A stretch of 64,000 bases of DNA from an uncultured Mycobacteriaceae bacterium (GTDB lineage Bacteria > Actinomycetota > Actinomycetes > Mycobacteriales > Mycobacteriaceae): assembly GCA_902826815.1 (NCBI GenBank), contig CADEGF010000020.1, forward strand, positions 34,969-98,968, given 5' to 3'. Under the pieces are notes generated by a model that worked only from the letters and a program-made list of their open reading frames with translations, did no database searches and was not told the DNA's origin. Below are positions 1 through 12,070 of the stretch, in pieces. Positions within the stretch are counted from its first letter, which is position 1; each line of letters opens with the position of its first letter. The translations under genes were made by a program, and so were the position numbers.

Positions 1-546
1 CGCCCCGGTAAGGGCGACGATCCAGGCGGCGACGACCGTGATCGGCTGGCTGCCCGCCACCATCGCGCCGAGCGTGCTGCCCTCCGCCGCGGGCACCGAC
101 CGGCGGCAGGCCGCCACGGCGGCGACCCGGCCCGCCGTCACGGCCACGATCACCGCGATCGCACTCAGTTCGGCGAACGCCAGCGCCTGCACCACGATCA
201 CCACCACGACGGCGGCCACCCCGAACGGACCGGCCCCGCCATCGCGCATCACCTGCAGCGCCCGCTCCGGCGGGCCGTAGCAGCCCAGTCCGTCGACGGT
301 GTCGGCCAGCCCGTCGATGTGCAGGCCCCTGGTCACGATCAGCAGCGCCGCCACCGCAAGCACACCGGTCAGCGGGTGGCCGGTGTGCAACGCCAGCGAC
401 GACACCCACACCACCCCGGCCGCCAGCGCGCCGAGCGCAACGCCGACGACCGGCAGCGCCGTCAGCACCCCTCGGCCGACTCCGGACCCAACGCGCAGCG
501 GCAGCACCGTACCGAACGCGAACGCCCCTGTGACCGAACGGATCAC
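1..546 (-). CDS. cobS: Adenosylcobinamide-GDP ribazoletransferase (cobalamin synthase), 3' end runs off the window
   Basis: Read by hand (absent from ORF track, no stop in window): GTG at 546 overlaps the cobT TGA; reads [18 protein letters not shown], hydrophobic, with a [16 protein letters not shown] motif. Confidence 0.9.
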   Translation of the reverse strand, partial: MIRSVTGAFAFGTVLPLRVGSGVGRGVLTALPVVGVALGALAAGVVWVSSLALHTGHPLTGVLAVAALLIVTRGLHIDGLADTVDGLGCYGPPERALQVMRDGGAGPFGVAAVVVVIVVQALAFAELSAIAVIVAVTAGRVAAVAACRRSVPAAEGSTLGAMVAGSQPITVVAAWIVALTGA

Positions 547-1583
547 GACGAGACGCTGGCCTCATCGAACGTGGCCATCGACCGCAGCGTGGCGATCGCG
601 GCGCGAACCACCGGCAGTGCCACCGCCGCGCCGGTGCCCTCGCCGAGACGCATCGACAGGTCGACGATCGGCTCGAGTTCCAGTTTCTCCAGCGCCAGCA
701 TGTGCGCGGGTTCGGTGGAGCGATGACCCGCACGCCACCAGTCGCGCGCACCCGGCGCGAGTACATCGGCGACCATGGCCGCGGCGGTCACCACAACGCC
801 GTCCAGCAGCACCGGCGTCCGGCGCACCGCGGCCTGAGCGCAGAACCCCGCCATCGCGGCCAGGTCCGCCCCGCCGCACACCCGCAGCAGCCCGAGCGGG
901 TCCGCCGTCAGACCGCAGGCACGGTACAGCGCGTCGCGGACAGCCGCGACCTTCCGCGCCCAGCCCGCGTCGTTGATCCCAGTGCCGCGACCGACGATCG
1001 CGACCGGCTCGGTACCTGTCAGTGCGGCGATCAATGTCGTTGCGGCCGTAGTGTTTCCGATGCCCATGTCGCCGGCGATCAGCAGATCGGCGCCGGCGTC
1101 GACCTCCTCGTCGGCGATCCGGCGGCCCGCCTCCACCGCGGCCTGTGCTTCCTCGGCGGACAGCGCGTCCTCGACAGCGATATTGCCGCTGCCCCTTCGG
1201 ATCTTGTGCGCGCCGATGGACGCGGAATGCGGTTCGTCGACGTCGACCGCGATATCCACTACCCGAACGGTGGCGCCGGCGGCCTCGGCCAGGACGTTGA
1301 TCGCGGCGCCGCCCGCATCGAAGTTGGCGACCATCTGTGCGGTGACTTCGGCCGGAAACGCCGATACACCTGCTGACGTGACGCCGTGATCGCCTGCGAA
1401 CACGACCACCCGGGCGCGTTCGAATTGGTTGGGCGGGCACACACCCTGGCATGCCGCCACCCAGACGGACAGCTCTTCGAGCCGCCCGAGCGAGCCCGCC
1501 GGTTTGGTCAGCGTGTCCTGGCGCGCTCGCGCCTGCGCGGCGACGGCCTCATCAGGTGCCTCGATCGGCGGGATGTCCGTCAC
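543..1583 (-). CDS. cobT: Nicotinate-nucleotide dimethylbenzimidazole phosphoribosyltransferase
   Basis: [37 protein letters not shown] motifs; start set at the GTG overlapping the cobU stop (track start 1817 is too long). Confidence 0.95.
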   Translation of the reverse strand: MTDIPPIEAPDEAVAAQARARQDTLTKPAGSLGRLEELSVWVAACQGVCPPNQFERARVVVFAGDHGVTSAGVSAFPAEVTAQMVANFDAGGAAINVLAEAAGATVRVVDIAVDVDEPHSASIGAHKIRRGSGNIAVEDALSAEEAQAAVEAGRRIADEEVDAGADLLIAGDMGIGNTTAATTLIAALTGTEPVAIVGRGTGINDAGWARKVAAVRDALYRACGLTADPLGLLRVCGGADLAAMAGFCAQAAVRRTPVLLDGVVVTAAAMVADVLAPGARDWWRAGHRSTEPAHMLALEKLELEPIVDLSMRLGEGTGAAVALPVVRAAIATLRSMATFDEASVSS

Positions 1584-2101
1584 GAGGGCTCCTTCACCGT
1601 TAGCGGTTGTCCGGCGACCACGAGCACCACGCGGTCGCACACTGCGGCGAGCCGCTGGTTCAGCACGCCGAGCTGGTCGGCGAAGAGGCGGCCCGCGACG
1701 GTCTCTGGCACGACGGTCAGACCTACTTCCGGGCTGACGAGCACTAGGTCCGCCTGATACGCGGCGACGGCGTCGACGAGGCCGTCGACATCCGCGCCTG
1801 CAGACCCGCCCGTCCACGCCTGCGTGCGGTCCATGGCGGCGGTGAGCCAGCCGCCGATATCGTCGACGATCGTGGGACCGGTGTCATCGGACCGCAATTG
1901 CTTTGTCACATCGGAGGTTTCGACGGTTGCCCAATGCCCGGGCCGACGTTCGCGATGGGCGGAAACACGCGCGGCCCACTCGTCGTCGTCGGCGAGGACT
2001 CCGGTGGCCAGGTAGCGCACCCGGTCACTGGATTGCGAGATGACGCGCTCGGCGAAGTCGGATTTGCCCGACCGGATACCGCCGAGCACCAGAACGCGCA
2101 C
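1580..2101 (-). CDS. cobU: Bifunctional adenosylcobinamide kinase / cobinamide-phosphate guanylyltransferase
   Basis: P-loop [31 protein letters not shown] motifs; coupled to cobT. Confidence 0.93.
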   Translation of the reverse strand: MRVLVLGGIRSGKSDFAERVISQSSDRVRYLATGVLADDDEWAARVSAHRERRPGHWATVETSDVTKQLRSDDTGPTIVDDIGGWLTAAMDRTQAWTGGSAGADVDGLVDAVAAYQADLVLVSPEVGLTVVPETVAGRLFADQLGVLNQRLAAVCDRVVLVVAGQPLTVKEPS

Positions 2102-2108
2102 CGTTGGC

Positions 2109-2789
2109 TCAGGTGACCTTGTCGCCGCGGTTGACCTGCGGGCGCGGCGCCCGCATCCGCCGCAGCTGGGAGGCGCGGCTCGCGGCGTAGAACCCCAGCT
2201 TCCAACCGCTTTCGGTGTGATCGGGGTACTTCTCGTCGACGAGCCGATTCACCCTGCGGCCCAAGAGCAATCCGTCGACGATCATGATCGCCATCAGGAT
2301 CAGCATCGCGGGTGAGATGAAGTACTGCACCTGCGGCACCGCGAGCATGATGAAGATCAAACCGAGTGCGGCGGGCATGAAGAGACCGAGCACGCTGATG
2401 CGGCGCGAATCGACGATGTCGCGGGCGTACCGGCGCACGGGGCCCTTGTCGCGGGGCAACAGATAGTCGTCGTCGCCAGCCATCATCCGTTCGCGGCGCT
2501 CGGACGTGGCGGCCCGGCGGACGGCTTTGTCCTCGCGGCGTTCCTCACGTGACAGCTTCGGCCCGCGCAGCTCCTTGCGCCTGCGCCTGGCCTCGGCACT
2601 GGTCATCGGGGCGGGCGCGATGGGCCCGCGACGGCGCGCGGCATCGCGTTTGGGCGTCGGCCTGCCCTTCGGCGCCGTTTTGCCGCCTGCTTTCGCATCG
2701 GCGTCGCTGTCCGCGGTCGCCTCGACGCCATCGGTGTCGTCCGAGTCTCGGGGAGGCGGGTTGTCCTTCTTGCGGCCCAGCAGGTTCAC
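2109..2789 (-). CDS. DUF3043-type membrane protein (Rv2206 orthologue)
   Basis: KGRPTPKR motif, basic N-terminal half, two TM helices; start GTG 2789 lies 7 nt after a TATGCT -10 element. Confidence 0.85.
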   Translation of the reverse strand: MNLLGRKKDNPPPRDSDDTDGVEATADSDADAKAGGKTAPKGRPTPKRDAARRRGPIAPAPMTSAEARRRRKELRGPKLSREERREDKAVRRAATSERRERMMAGDDDYLLPRDKGPVRRYARDIVDSRRISVLGLFMPAALGLIFIMLAVPQVQYFISPAMLILMAIMIVDGLLLGRRVNRLVDEKYPDHTESGWKLGFYAASRASQLRRMRAPRPQVNRGDKVT

Positions 2790-2853
2790 GCCCGCCAGCA
2801 TAATCTTGGAGAAATGGCCGGCTCGGATGGCCTAGGTCACGGCCGACAGACTC

Positions 2854-2882
2854 GGGAATAGCGGCATCACAAGGTACCGTTG
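2854..2882 (+). promoter_or_regulatory. SigH/SigE-type ECF promoter upstream of the Fe-S carrier gene
   Basis: GGGAATA-N17-CGTTG matches the GGAAY...cGTT ECF consensus. Confidence 0.65.
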
Positions 2883-2932
2883 ACCAGGTGGGCTGTAGTC
2901 GGCCCGCAACACAAGCCATTCAGGGAGACGCA

Positions 2933-3295
2933 ATGACTGTTCAGGACGAGTCGGCGACCGCCACCACCACCCATGGCGCGGTCCTGACCGAAGCCGCCGC
3001 CAGCAAGGCCAAAGCACTGCTGGACCAGGAGGGCCGCGACGACCTGGCGCTGCGCATCGCGGTCCAGCCGGGCGGATGCGCCGGCCTGCGCTACAACCTC
3101 TTCTTCGACGACCGGGCCCTCGACGGCGATCTGACCACCGAGTTCGGTGGCGTCAACTTGACCGTCGACCGGATGAGCGCGCCCTACATCCAGGGCGCGA
3201 CCATCGACTTCGTCGACACCATCGAGAAGCAGGGCTTCACCATCGACAACCCCAACGCCACGGGTTCGTGCGCGTGCGGGGACTCGTTCAACTGA
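2933..3295 (+). CDS. HesB/IscA A-type Fe-S cluster carrier (Rv2204c orthologue)
   Basis: GGCAG and C-terminal CACG motifs; GGAG RBS before ATG 2933. Confidence 0.95.
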   Translation: MTVQDESATATTTHGAVLTEAAASKAKALLDQEGRDDLALRIAVQPGGCAGLRYNLFFDDRALDGDLTTEFGGVNLTVDRMSAPYIQGATIDFVDTIEKQGFTIDNPNATGSCACGDSFN

Positions 3296-3296
3296 C

Positions 3297-3962
3297 TTAG
3301 TACTGGCCTGCCACGCGCAGCAGATACGAACACACCAGGACCTGGTCGTCGGCCACGATTAGCTGCGCCACGCCCTGTTCCGCCAGCTCCGGTGGGGGCC
3401 GGGTGCGGCTGCCCGCCGGTGTGACGTTCATGCTGAACAGCACCTGCGCCTGGTAGGGCGACGAGAACACCATCTTGTCGACCGAGGTGACCTCGGCCTT
3501 ACCGAACTGCTTTTTGAACGTATCGCTGCTCAAATCGGCCAGCGCCAGGTCCGACCGCTTTTCCTTCACCGCGTCGAACAACCCGCACAGCGTGTTGCGG
3601 GCGATCTCCTCCACATCGCCGCGCTGCAGCGCATCCAGATAGGCCTGGATCGCGGCTTGCGCGGACGCATTCGTCAGCTTCTGAGGCTGCGAAGAGTCGC
3701 TGTCGGAGCGCATCACGAAAATCGTTGCGCCCACAGCGGCGGCCAGCACGGCGAGCGCCGCCAGCACGGCAAGTACGGCGCGCCACTGACTCCCTTTCGG
3801 ATATTGAATCGGCGGCGGAAGCATGCCCGGATACATCGGCGCCCCAACGAAATTCTCCGGATAGGGATTCGGAGGCGCGCCGACAATGTGAGGAGGTGCA
3901 CCGGGTTGCGGGGGAGGCCCTACCGGTCCAGCGCCGTAGTGGGGCGGATACGGACCAGCCAT
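3297..3962 (-). CDS. Membrane-anchored protein (Rv2203 orthologue)
   Basis: Pro-rich N-terminus, one TM helix, C-terminal Cys-containing extracellular domain; synteny. Confidence 0.8.
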   Translation of the reverse strand: MAGPYPPHYGAGPVGPPPQPGAPPHIVGAPPNPYPENFVGAPMYPGMLPPPIQYPKGSQWRAVLAVLAALAVLAAAVGATIFVMRSDSDSSQPQKLTNASAQAAIQAYLDALQRGDVEEIARNTLCGLFDAVKEKRSDLALADLSSDTFKKQFGKAEVTSVDKMVFSSPYQAQVLFSMNVTPAGSRTRPPPELAEQGVAQLIVADDQVLVCSYLLRVAGQY

Positions 3963-4051
3963 GATAGGCAGGTTAGCGCAACCGGCCCACGGCCGACGGG
4001 GCCGCGAGGCTCGGTAAGATTATCTAGACGAGTTAATGAATTGAAGGGTGA

Positions 4052-5040
<989 letters not shown>

Positions 5041-5041
<1 letters not shown>

Positions 5042-5090
5042 CCGAGTGGCGCTTTTCCTGAATTTGCCGAGTGGCGCTTTTCCTAAATTT
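5041..5090. repeat. Two-copy 25-bp tandem direct repeat between the convergent adoK and asnB ends
   Basis: GCCGAGTGGCGCTTTTCCT(G/A)AATTT at 5041-5065 and 5066-5090, one mismatch. Confidence 0.9.
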
Positions 5091-7014
5091 GCACCGGGTA
5101 GGTCGGCTCCTTGATATCGGGCGTCACGCTGCCCTCGACGAAGATCGCGTGCCACAGCATGAAGATCAGCACGGTCCACAGTCGTCTGCTGTGATCGCTT
5201 GCACCGCTACGGTGTTCGTCGAGCATCGTGTGGACCGCGGCGATGTCGACCAGCTCGCCTGCGCCCGACGACGCGACGAGGCCGTAGGCCCAGTCCAATA
5301 GTTCCCCCGCCCGCAACCAGTGCCGGATCGGGACGGGGAAGCCCAGCTTCGGCCGGTTCAGTACGTGCGGCGGGATGACGGGTTCCAGCGCGCGGCGAAG
5401 CGCGTATTTGGTCGTCGACCTGGTGATCTTCTGGTCCAGCGGAAGCCGGGACGCCACCGCGAACACCTCTGGGTCGAGGAACGGAACCCGCAGCTCTAGC
5501 GAGTTGGCCATCGTCATCTTGTCCGCCTTGACCAGGATGTCGCCCCGCAGCCAGGTGAAAAGGTCGATGTGCTGCATGCGCGCGACCGGGTCCCAGCCCT
5601 CGGACTCGGCGTAAACGCGGGCCGTGACGTCGGTGTGGGTCCAGTCGGGGCGGAATCTCCTCAGCACGGCCTGCAGCTGTGCGTCGGAGAAGCTGCGGGC
5701 ATTGCCGTAATACCGCTCCTCGAGGGTCTGGCTGCCTCTATGCAGCAAGCTCTTTCCCCTCATGCCGTCGGGGAGTGGGGCCGACACCTTGGCCATCGAC
5801 CGCCGCACGGGACGGGGTAGATAGTCGAAAGGCTTGAGCGACAACGGTTCCCGATAGATCGTGTAGCCGCCGAAAAGCTCGTCGGCGCCCTCGCCGGACA
5901 GCACGACCTTGACATGCTTGCGCGCCTCCCTTGCGATGAAGAACAGCGGCACCAAGGCGGGATCGGCGACGGGTTCGTCGAGATACCAGACGATTTCGGG
6001 TAGCGCGGCGACGAACTCGGTCTGGCTGACGACCTTCGTCACATGCTTGGCGCCGATCGCCTCCGCCGACGCGACCGCGACGTCGACCTCCGAGAAACCC
6101 TCCCGTTCGAAGCCGGTCGTGAACGTGATGAGCCGCGGGTTGTGCCGCATCGCCAGCGCGGCGATCGCGGTGGAATCGATGCCGCCCGACAGGAATGCCC
6201 CGACTGTGACATCGGCGCGCATGTGTTTGGCGACCGAGTCCTCGAGCACCGCGGTTATCTCGTCGTAGCGCTGCTGCTCCTCGCCCGCGACGAACGGTTT
6301 CGCGGCGAAGCGAGGGGTGAAATACCGGGTGACCTCGGGTCGGCCACCTGGTCGGATCCTCGCGTAGCTGCCCGACTCCAGCCGGCGCACGCCGCGGTGC
6401 AGCGTCTCGGGCTCAGGCACGTACTGCAGCACCGTGTAGTGCTGGACGGCGCGTTCGTCGATGCCGAGGTCGACGCCCAGCTCGTCGGCGAGATCGAGCA
6501 GACACTTCTTCTCGCTGCCCACCGCCGTGCCTGCCGTCCCAGTGGCCATGAAGAGCGGCTTGATGCCGAACGGGTCGCGTGCGCAGAACATTTCGCGTTC
6601 CACGGTGTCCCACAGCGCGAACGCGAACATGCCGCGCAGCCGGGCCAGCGAGTCGGTGCCCCAGTAGTGGTAGGCGGCGATGATCGCCTCACCGTCGCCG
6701 TCGGTGTGGAATTGCGCGCCGTGGGTGGTCGCCAACTCCTCGCGCAGCTCCAGGTAGTTGTAGATCTCGCCGTTGAAGACCAGCACATAGCGGTCCGGGG
6801 TCTCGGCAGGGCCCCAGCGCAACGGCTGGTGGCTGTGGGCGATGTCGATGATCGACAGCCGGTTGAAGCCGAGCACCACGTCTTCGTCGTGCCAGGTTCC
6901 CGGTTCGTCGGGGCCGCGGTGACGCATCAGGTGAGACGCGCCGGATACCGCCTCGACCAGACCTGCGGAGACGTCGGCGGACGGGTCAGTCAGCAGGGCA
7001 AGCAGTCCGCACAC
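5083..7014 (-). CDS. asnB: Asparagine synthase-family glutamine amidotransferase (in mycobacteria linked to peptidoglycan mDAP amidation)
   Basis: Ntn-type start MCGL (Cys2) at GTG 7014, HRGPD, FNGEIYNY, SGGIDS, SGEGADELFGGY. Confidence 0.95.
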   Translation of the reverse strand: MCGLLALLTDPSADVSAGLVEAVSGASHLMRHRGPDEPGTWHDEDVVLGFNRLSIIDIAHSHQPLRWGPAETPDRYVLVFNGEIYNYLELREELATTHGAQFHTDGDGEAIIAAYHYWGTDSLARLRGMFAFALWDTVEREMFCARDPFGIKPLFMATGTAGTAVGSEKKCLLDLADELGVDLGIDERAVQHYTVLQYVPEPETLHRGVRRLESGSYARIRPGGRPEVTRYFTPRFAAKPFVAGEEQQRYDEITAVLEDSVAKHMRADVTVGAFLSGGIDSTAIAALAMRHNPRLITFTTGFEREGFSEVDVAVASAEAIGAKHVTKVVSQTEFVAALPEIVWYLDEPVADPALVPLFFIAREARKHVKVVLSGEGADELFGGYTIYREPLSLKPFDYLPRPVRRSMAKVSAPLPDGMRGKSLLHRGSQTLEERYYGNARSFSDAQLQAVLRRFRPDWTHTDVTARVYAESEGWDPVARMQHIDLFTWLRGDILVKADKMTMANSLELRVPFLDPEVFAVASRLPLDQKITRSTTKYALRRALEPVIPPHVLNRPKLGFPVPIRHWLRAGELLDWAYGLVASSGAGELVDIAAVHTMLDEHRSGASDHSRRLWTVLIFMLWHAIFVEGSVTPDIKEPTYPVQI

Positions 7015-7144
7015 GGCGCCAGTATGCCCAATAGCGCCGCGCACGCGAGGAGCGGACAACAGAGGTGTGTCGAGACCTGCGCCCACGGGTGGTCTACGCT
7101 GCGTAGTATTCGGCTAGTCCTACCGACTTCAAGGAGGCTCCAAC

Positions 7145-8191
7145 GTGACACCTCGCGGACGCTGGGTGGTGGCACGAAGAGCTGCGTTGGCGGTCGTCCT
7201 TGGTGCGACTGCGCTGCTGCTCAGCGGGTGTAGTTGGTCGGAGGCTCTCGGCCTGGGCTGGCCGACCGGCATCACCCCTGAGGCACACCTCAACCGAGAG
7301 CTGTGGATCGGCTCGGTGATCGCCTCGCTGGTCGTCGGTGTGATCGTCTGGGGCCTGATCTTCTGGAGCTCGGCGTTCCACAGGCACAAGAAGGGCGATA
7401 CCGAGCTTCCACGCCAGTTCGGCTACAACATGCCGCTCGAGCTGGTGCTGACCGTGGTGCCGTTCCTGATGATCTCGGTGCTCTTCTACTTCACCGTCGT
7501 GGTGCAGGAGCGGATACTGCACAAGGACCCCAACCCTGAGGTCGTCATCGATGTGACCGCCTTCCAGTGGAACTGGAAGTTCGGCTATCAGAATGTCGCG
7601 TTCACCGACGGCACGTTCAACTACGACGGCGCCGACCCGGCGCGCAAGGCGGCGGTCGCATCGGGTCCTGAAGGCCTCGAGGGCGAGCACGGCGGAGAGT
7701 TCGGCGTCATCGGGAACAAGAACCCCGAAGACCGGACCTACCTGAACTTCGACAAGGTCGAGACCCTCGGCACCAGCAACGAGATCCCCGTTCTCGTGGT
7801 GCCGTCCGGTAAGCGCATCGAGTTCCAGATCGCCTCCGCCGATGTGATTCACGGCTTCTGGGTGCCGGAATTCCTGTTCAAGCGCGACGTGATGCCCGAT
7901 CCGAAGGCCAACAACTCCGACAACATCTTCCAGATCAGCGAGATCACCAAGACCGGCGCGTTCGTCGGCCGGTGCACGGAGATGTGCGGCACCTACCACT
8001 CGATGATGAATTTCGAGCTGCGGGTGGTCGAGCCCAACGACTTCAAGGCCTATCTCCAGCAGCGCATTGCGGGAAAGACGAATGCCGAGGCGCTGGCGGC
8101 GATCAACCAGCCGGCGACTGCGGTCACGACGCATCCGTTCGACACCCGCCGCGGAGAGCAGGTCGGGGCACCGTCTCAGGCAAGCAACTAG
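7145..8191 (+). CDS. ctaC: Cytochrome aa3 oxidase subunit II (lipoprotein)
   Basis: Lipobox LLSGC, DVIHGFW, CuA motif [12 protein letters not shown]. Confidence 0.96.
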   Translation: MTPRGRWVVARRAALAVVLGATALLLSGCSWSEALGLGWPTGITPEAHLNRELWIGSVIASLVVGVIVWGLIFWSSAFHRHKKGDTELPRQFGYNMPLELVLTVVPFLMISVLFYFTVVVQERILHKDPNPEVVIDVTAFQWNWKFGYQNVAFTDGTFNYDGADPARKAAVASGPEGLEGEHGGEFGVIGNKNPEDRTYLNFDKVETLGTSNEIPVLVVPSGKRIEFQIASADVIHGFWVPEFLFKRDVMPDPKANNSDNIFQISEITKTGAFVGRCTEMCGTYHSMMNFELRVVEPNDFKAYLQQRIAGKTNAEALAAINQPATAVTTHPFDTRRGEQVGAPSQASN

Positions 8192-8198
8192 GGATCTC

Positions 8199-8618
8199 AT
8201 GCATATTGAAGCCAGGCTGTTCGAGTTCCTGACCGCGTTCTTCGTCCTCGCGGCCGTCGTGTACGGCACGTTGACCCAGATGTTTCAGTACGGCGGCATC
8301 GAGTGGGCAGGCGTCACCGCGCTGGTCATGACCGCCGGGCTGTGCCTCATCACCGGCACCTTCTTCCGGTTCGTCGCGCGCAGGCTCGATACCAGGCCGG
8401 AGGACTACGAGGACGCCGAGATCAGCGACGGCGCCGGCGAGCTCGGCTTCTACAGCCCGCACAGCTGGTGGCCGATCATGATCGCGCTGAGTGCCTCTGT
8501 CACGGCCGTGGGCGTCGCGCTGTGGCTGCCGTGGCTGATCGCGGCGGGCGTGGTCTTCGTGCTCGCATCCGTCGCAGGCCTGGTCTTCGAGTACTACACC
8601 GGGGCCGAGAAGCACTGA
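8199..8618 (+). CDS. ctaF: Cytochrome aa3 oxidase subunit IV
   Basis: [10 protein letters not shown] start, [19 protein letters not shown] motif, TM helices. Confidence 0.92.
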   Translation: MHIEARLFEFLTAFFVLAAVVYGTLTQMFQYGGIEWAGVTALVMTAGLCLITGTFFRFVARRLDTRPEDYEDAEISDGAGELGFYSPHSWWPIMIALSASVTAVGVALWLPWLIAAGVVFVLASVAGLVFEYYTGAEKH

Positions 8619-8793
8619 CCGGCCCTGATCCCGCGCGGACGGTCGGCAAGGTCACATCTGGGCTTCAGTTGGTCTCCCACCGCGCTGCTGAATTCGATCC
8701 GCTCATCGGTTTGGGTAGGGTTGCCGGGGCCGTGCAAGTTCGCTGTCAGCCCTAGCTGTCGCGCCGATGAGTAGTGGAGAAGGATAGGCGTAA

Positions 8794-9663
8794 ATGAGCG
8801 GGCCGAATCCCCCAGGACCGGACTCCGAAGGGGCGGACGACCTGGACCAGGAACCGGGCGAGCCGACCGCCGAGGAAGACTCCGTCGCGGACGCGACCGG
8901 TGAGACAGAGATCCACTCCCGGGCCTATTCCGCGCCCGAGGCCGAACAATTCACCGCGGGGCCGTACGTGCCCGCCGATTCCGACCTGTACGAGTACGAC
9001 GATTTCGACAAGGCGGGGCTGGTCGACGCGGGCAGACCGCCACGCTGGCCCTGGGTGGTCGGCGTCGTCGCGATCATCGCCGCCATCGCCTTGGTGGTAT
9101 CTGTTTCGTTGCTGGTGATGGGAACCGAGTCCGACAACCTCAACGCGCAGGGCGGCCCGACGTCGAGCACCACTACGACGCCGCCCGTGCAGGACGAGAT
9201 CACCACGACGACTCCGCCGCCGCCACCGCCGCCTCCTCCGCCGTCTGAGGAGCCGCCTCCGCCGCCGCCCGAGACCGTGACGGTGACCGAGCCGCCGCCC
9301 GCTCCCGCACCGCCTCCCGAAGAGGCGCCACCGCCTCCGCCGGAGGAGCCGCCAACTTCGGCCGCACCGCCGCCCACGACGACGCGCGCCGGTCCGCGCC
9401 AGGTGACCTATTCGGTGACGGGCACCAAGGCGCCCGGTGACATCATCACCGTCACCTACGTCGATGCGTCCGGCCGCAGCCGCACACAGCGCAACGTCTA
9501 CATCCCGTGGTCGCTCACGGTGACACCGATCTCGCAATCCGAGGTGGGGTCGGTACAGGCGTCCAGCCTGTTTCTGGTCAGCAGGCTGAACTGTTCCATC
9601 ACCACGAGCGACGGCACCGTATTGTCCTCGAATACCGGCAACTCCGCACAGACAAGCTGCTGA
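8794..9663 (+). CDS. mmpS3: MmpS3-type membrane protein with Pro/Thr-rich linker
   Basis: One TM helix, poly-Pro linker, C-terminal MmpS domain (VTYSVTG...LNCSI...QTSC); synteny. Confidence 0.85.
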   Translation: MSGPNPPGPDSEGADDLDQEPGEPTAEEDSVADATGETEIHSRAYSAPEAEQFTAGPYVPADSDLYEYDDFDKAGLVDAGRPPRWPWVVGVVAIIAAIALVVSVSLLVMGTESDNLNAQGGPTSSTTTTPPVQDEITTTTPPPPPPPPPPSEEPPPPPPETVTVTEPPPAPAPPPEEAPPPPPEEPPTSAAPPPTTTRAGPRQVTYSVTGTKAPGDIITVTYVDASGRSRTQRNVYIPWSLTVTPISQSEVGSVQASSLFLVSRLNCSITTSDGTVLSSNTGNSAQTSC

Positions 9664-10355
9664 TGACACACAACACTGGGGCTGCGGCCCGCTCGCGGTT
9701 CAACCCGACGGCGAGCGACGCCGACAACGTGGACCGGATCCTGCTCGCCTCCTGCGCGGCGATCTGGCTCGCCGTGCTTGGATCGGCTGTCGCCGCCGCG
9801 GTCGCGCTTGTCGACCTGGGCAGCAAGCACCAGGAGTCCTCGACCGAGTCCGGCACACCGTGGTTGCTGTATGGCGTGATCGGGGTGTCGGCACTCATCA
9901 TCGTCGGCGCCATACCGCTGCTCATTCGGGCCAGGCGCACCGCGCTGGATGATCCGCGCGGCGGTCACGGCGGCGGCGCAAGACCCGCTGCCGGACGGCC
10001 CCAAACAGCCACGCGGGCACCAGAACCGCGCACCCAGAACCTGCGTACCGCTGCGCAGACGTCGGCGGCTCCTGGCCGTCAGCGCAGCGGCCACCCGTCA
10101 TCCGCGGGGATCAGCACGTTCGACGCAGGGGTACCGCCCGCCGTGGAACGGGTCTGGTTGCGCTGCGCGGTGTTCATCGCCGGCGCGATCGGGGTGGCGC
10201 TGCTGGCCATCGGCATCGCCACCTATCTGATGGCGGCCGGCCACGACGCATTCGCGTGGGCCTTCTACGTCGTCGCGGGGCTCGTGACGCTCGCTATGCC
10301 CGCCATCCCGTGGATCTACCTGCGACAGCTGAACGAACTCGTCGACACGCACTAA
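9663..10355 (+). CDS. DUF2561-type membrane protein (Rv2197c orthologue)
   Basis: Four TM segments; ATG overlaps the mmpS3 TGA. Confidence 0.8.
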   Translation: MTHNTGAAARSRFNPTASDADNVDRILLASCAAIWLAVLGSAVAAAVALVDLGSKHQESSTESGTPWLLYGVIGVSALIIVGAIPLLIRARRTALDDPRGGHGGGARPAAGRPQTATRAPEPRTQNLRTAAQTSAAPGRQRSGHPSSAGISTFDAGVPPAVERVWLRCAVFIAGAIGVALLAIGIATYLMAAGHDAFAWAFYVVAGLVTLAMPAIPWIYLRQLNELVDTH

Positions 10356-10363
10356 CCGGCGCG

Positions 10364-12070
10364 TCAGTGACCGTTCGTCGAGCCGTGCCCGTTGGATCCA
10401 TGGCCGTTGGATGAACCGTTGCGGTCCTGATGCTCGCGTAATGCCGTGAGTGCCTTACGTTCTCCGGCATGCTCGGCTTCGACGAGCGCCTCCTGCTGAT
10501 CGACGGGATCCGCACGAAGGAAGCTGCCGCTGCCTGGAGCACCGCCTGAGCCCAGCTTGTTCATCCGCTTGGGCACCGCCGCGCCCTGGTACTCCAGCGG
10601 AATCGGGTGGCCGTGATCGTCGACCGGTCCCAGCGGCTGGTGCAGCTCGACGTAGGCACCGTGCGGCAGGCGTTTGATGATGCCCGTCTCGATGCCATGC
10701 TCGAGCACGGCGCGGTCAGCGCGCTGCAGCCCGACACACCACCGGTAGGTCAGGTAGTAGACGATCGCAGGCAGCACGACCATGCCGATGCGGCCGATCC
10801 AGGTCGTCGCATTCAGCGAGATGTGGAACTTGAGCGCGATGATGTCGTTCATGCAGGCGAATGTCAGCACCAGGTAGAACGAGATGGCCATCGCGCCGAT
10901 TGCGGTGCGTACCGGGGCATCTCGGGGCCGCTGAAGCAGGTTGTGGTGCGCCTTGTCGCCGGTGAATCGCTGCTCGAGGAACGGCCATGCCGGAAGCAGC
11001 ATGAACACCAAGCCCATGAGCACAGCGATCCACACGGGCTGAGGAATGGTGTGCCCGAACGGGTAGAACTCCCAGGCAGGCCATAGGCGGATGAGGCCGT
11101 CGGTCCACATCATGTAGAAGTCCGGCTGGCTGCCCGCCGAGATCTGGGAAGGCTTGTACGGGCCGAGCTGCCAGATCGGGTTGATCTGCAGCACCCCGCC
11201 CATGATGCCGAGGATGCCGGTCGTCATCGCGAAGAACGCACCGGACTTGACCGCGAACACAGGCATCACCCGCACGCCGACGACGTTGGTCTCCGTGCGG
11301 CCGGGGCCGGGGAACTGGGTGTGCTTCTGGAACCACACCATTGCCAGGTGGGCGCCGATGAGGGCGAGGATGATGCCGGGGATCAGCAGAATGTGCAGCG
11401 CGTAGAGCCGCGGGATGATGATGCCGATCGAGCAGTCGTATCCGACACCGCCGCAGGGGAAGTCACCGCCGAACAGTGCCCAGTGCAGCCAGGTGCCGAT
11501 AATCGGCATGCCCATCGTGATGCCCGAGAATGCGGCGCGCAAGCCGGTTCCGGACAGAAGATCGTCGGGCAGCGAGTAGCCGAAGAAGCCCTCGAACATG
11601 GCCAGTATCAACAGCAGTGAGCCGATGACCCAGTTGGCCTCGCGAGGCCTGCGGAACGCGCCGGTGAAGAAGATGCGGGCCAGGTGGACCATGATCGAAG
11701 CCGCGAAAAGCAATGCGGCCCAGTGGTGGATCTGGCGGACGAAGAGGCCGCCGCGCACCTCGAAGCTGATGTCCAGGGTGGACGCGAAAGCCCTGGACAT
11801 CTCGACGCCGCGGAGCGGCTGGTACACGCCGTTGTAGGTGACGTCGACCATCGAGGGGTCGAAGAACAGGGTGAGATACACGCCGGTCAGCAGCAGGACG
11901 ATGAAGCTGTACAGCGCGATCTCGCCCAACAGGAACGACCAGTGGGTGGGGAACACCTTGTTGAGCTGTCTGCGGACCGCCGCCGAGGGGTGATAGCGCG
12001 AGTCGATCGCGTCGCCTTGTTCGGCTGCAACCTCCGCGAGGCTAGGCGGTTTTGGCAATTTCGGACTCAT
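10364..12070 (-). CDS. qcrB: Cytochrome bcc complex, cytochrome b subunit
   Basis: [11 protein letters not shown], heme ligands RQIHHWAA and HILLIP, SQPDFY Qp-site motif. Confidence 0.97.
   Translation of the reverse strand: MSPKLPKPPSLAEVAAEQGDAIDSRYHPSAAVRRQLNKVFPTHWSFLLGEIALYSFIVLLLTGVYLTLFFDPSMVDVTYNGVYQPLRGVEMSRAFASTLDISFEVRGGLFVRQIHHWAALLFAASIMVHLARIFFTGAFRRPREANWVIGSLLLILAMFEGFFGYSLPDDLLSGTGLRAAFSGITMGMPIIGTWLHWALFGGDFPCGGVGYDCSIGIIIPRLYALHILLIPGIILALIGAHLAMVWFQKHTQFPGPGRTETNVVGVRVMPVFAVKSGAFFAMTTGILGIMGGVLQINPIWQLGPYKPSQISAGSQPDFYMMWTDGLIRLWPAWEFYPFGHTIPQPVWIAVLMGLVFMLLPAWPFLEQRFTGDKAHHNLLQRPRDAPVRTAIGAMAISFYLVLTFACMNDIIALKFHISLNATTWIGRIGMVVLPAIVYYLTYRWCVGLQRADRAVLEHGIETGIIKRLPHGAYVELHQPLGPVDDHGHPIPLEYQGAAVPKRMNKLGSGGAPGSGSFLRADPVDQQEALVEAEHAGERKALTALREHQDRNGSSNGHGSNGHGSTNGH

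Noticed and set aside
2790-2930. Possible cobalamin riboswitch ahead of the DUF3043-cobU-cobT-cobS unit
   Set aside because: The transcript looks leaderless (TATGCT-N7-GTG) and no B12-box was seen.
9160-9390. CCG/ACG-rich low-complexity tract
   Set aside because: It encodes the Pro/Thr linker of MmpS3 and is not a repeat array or mobile element.
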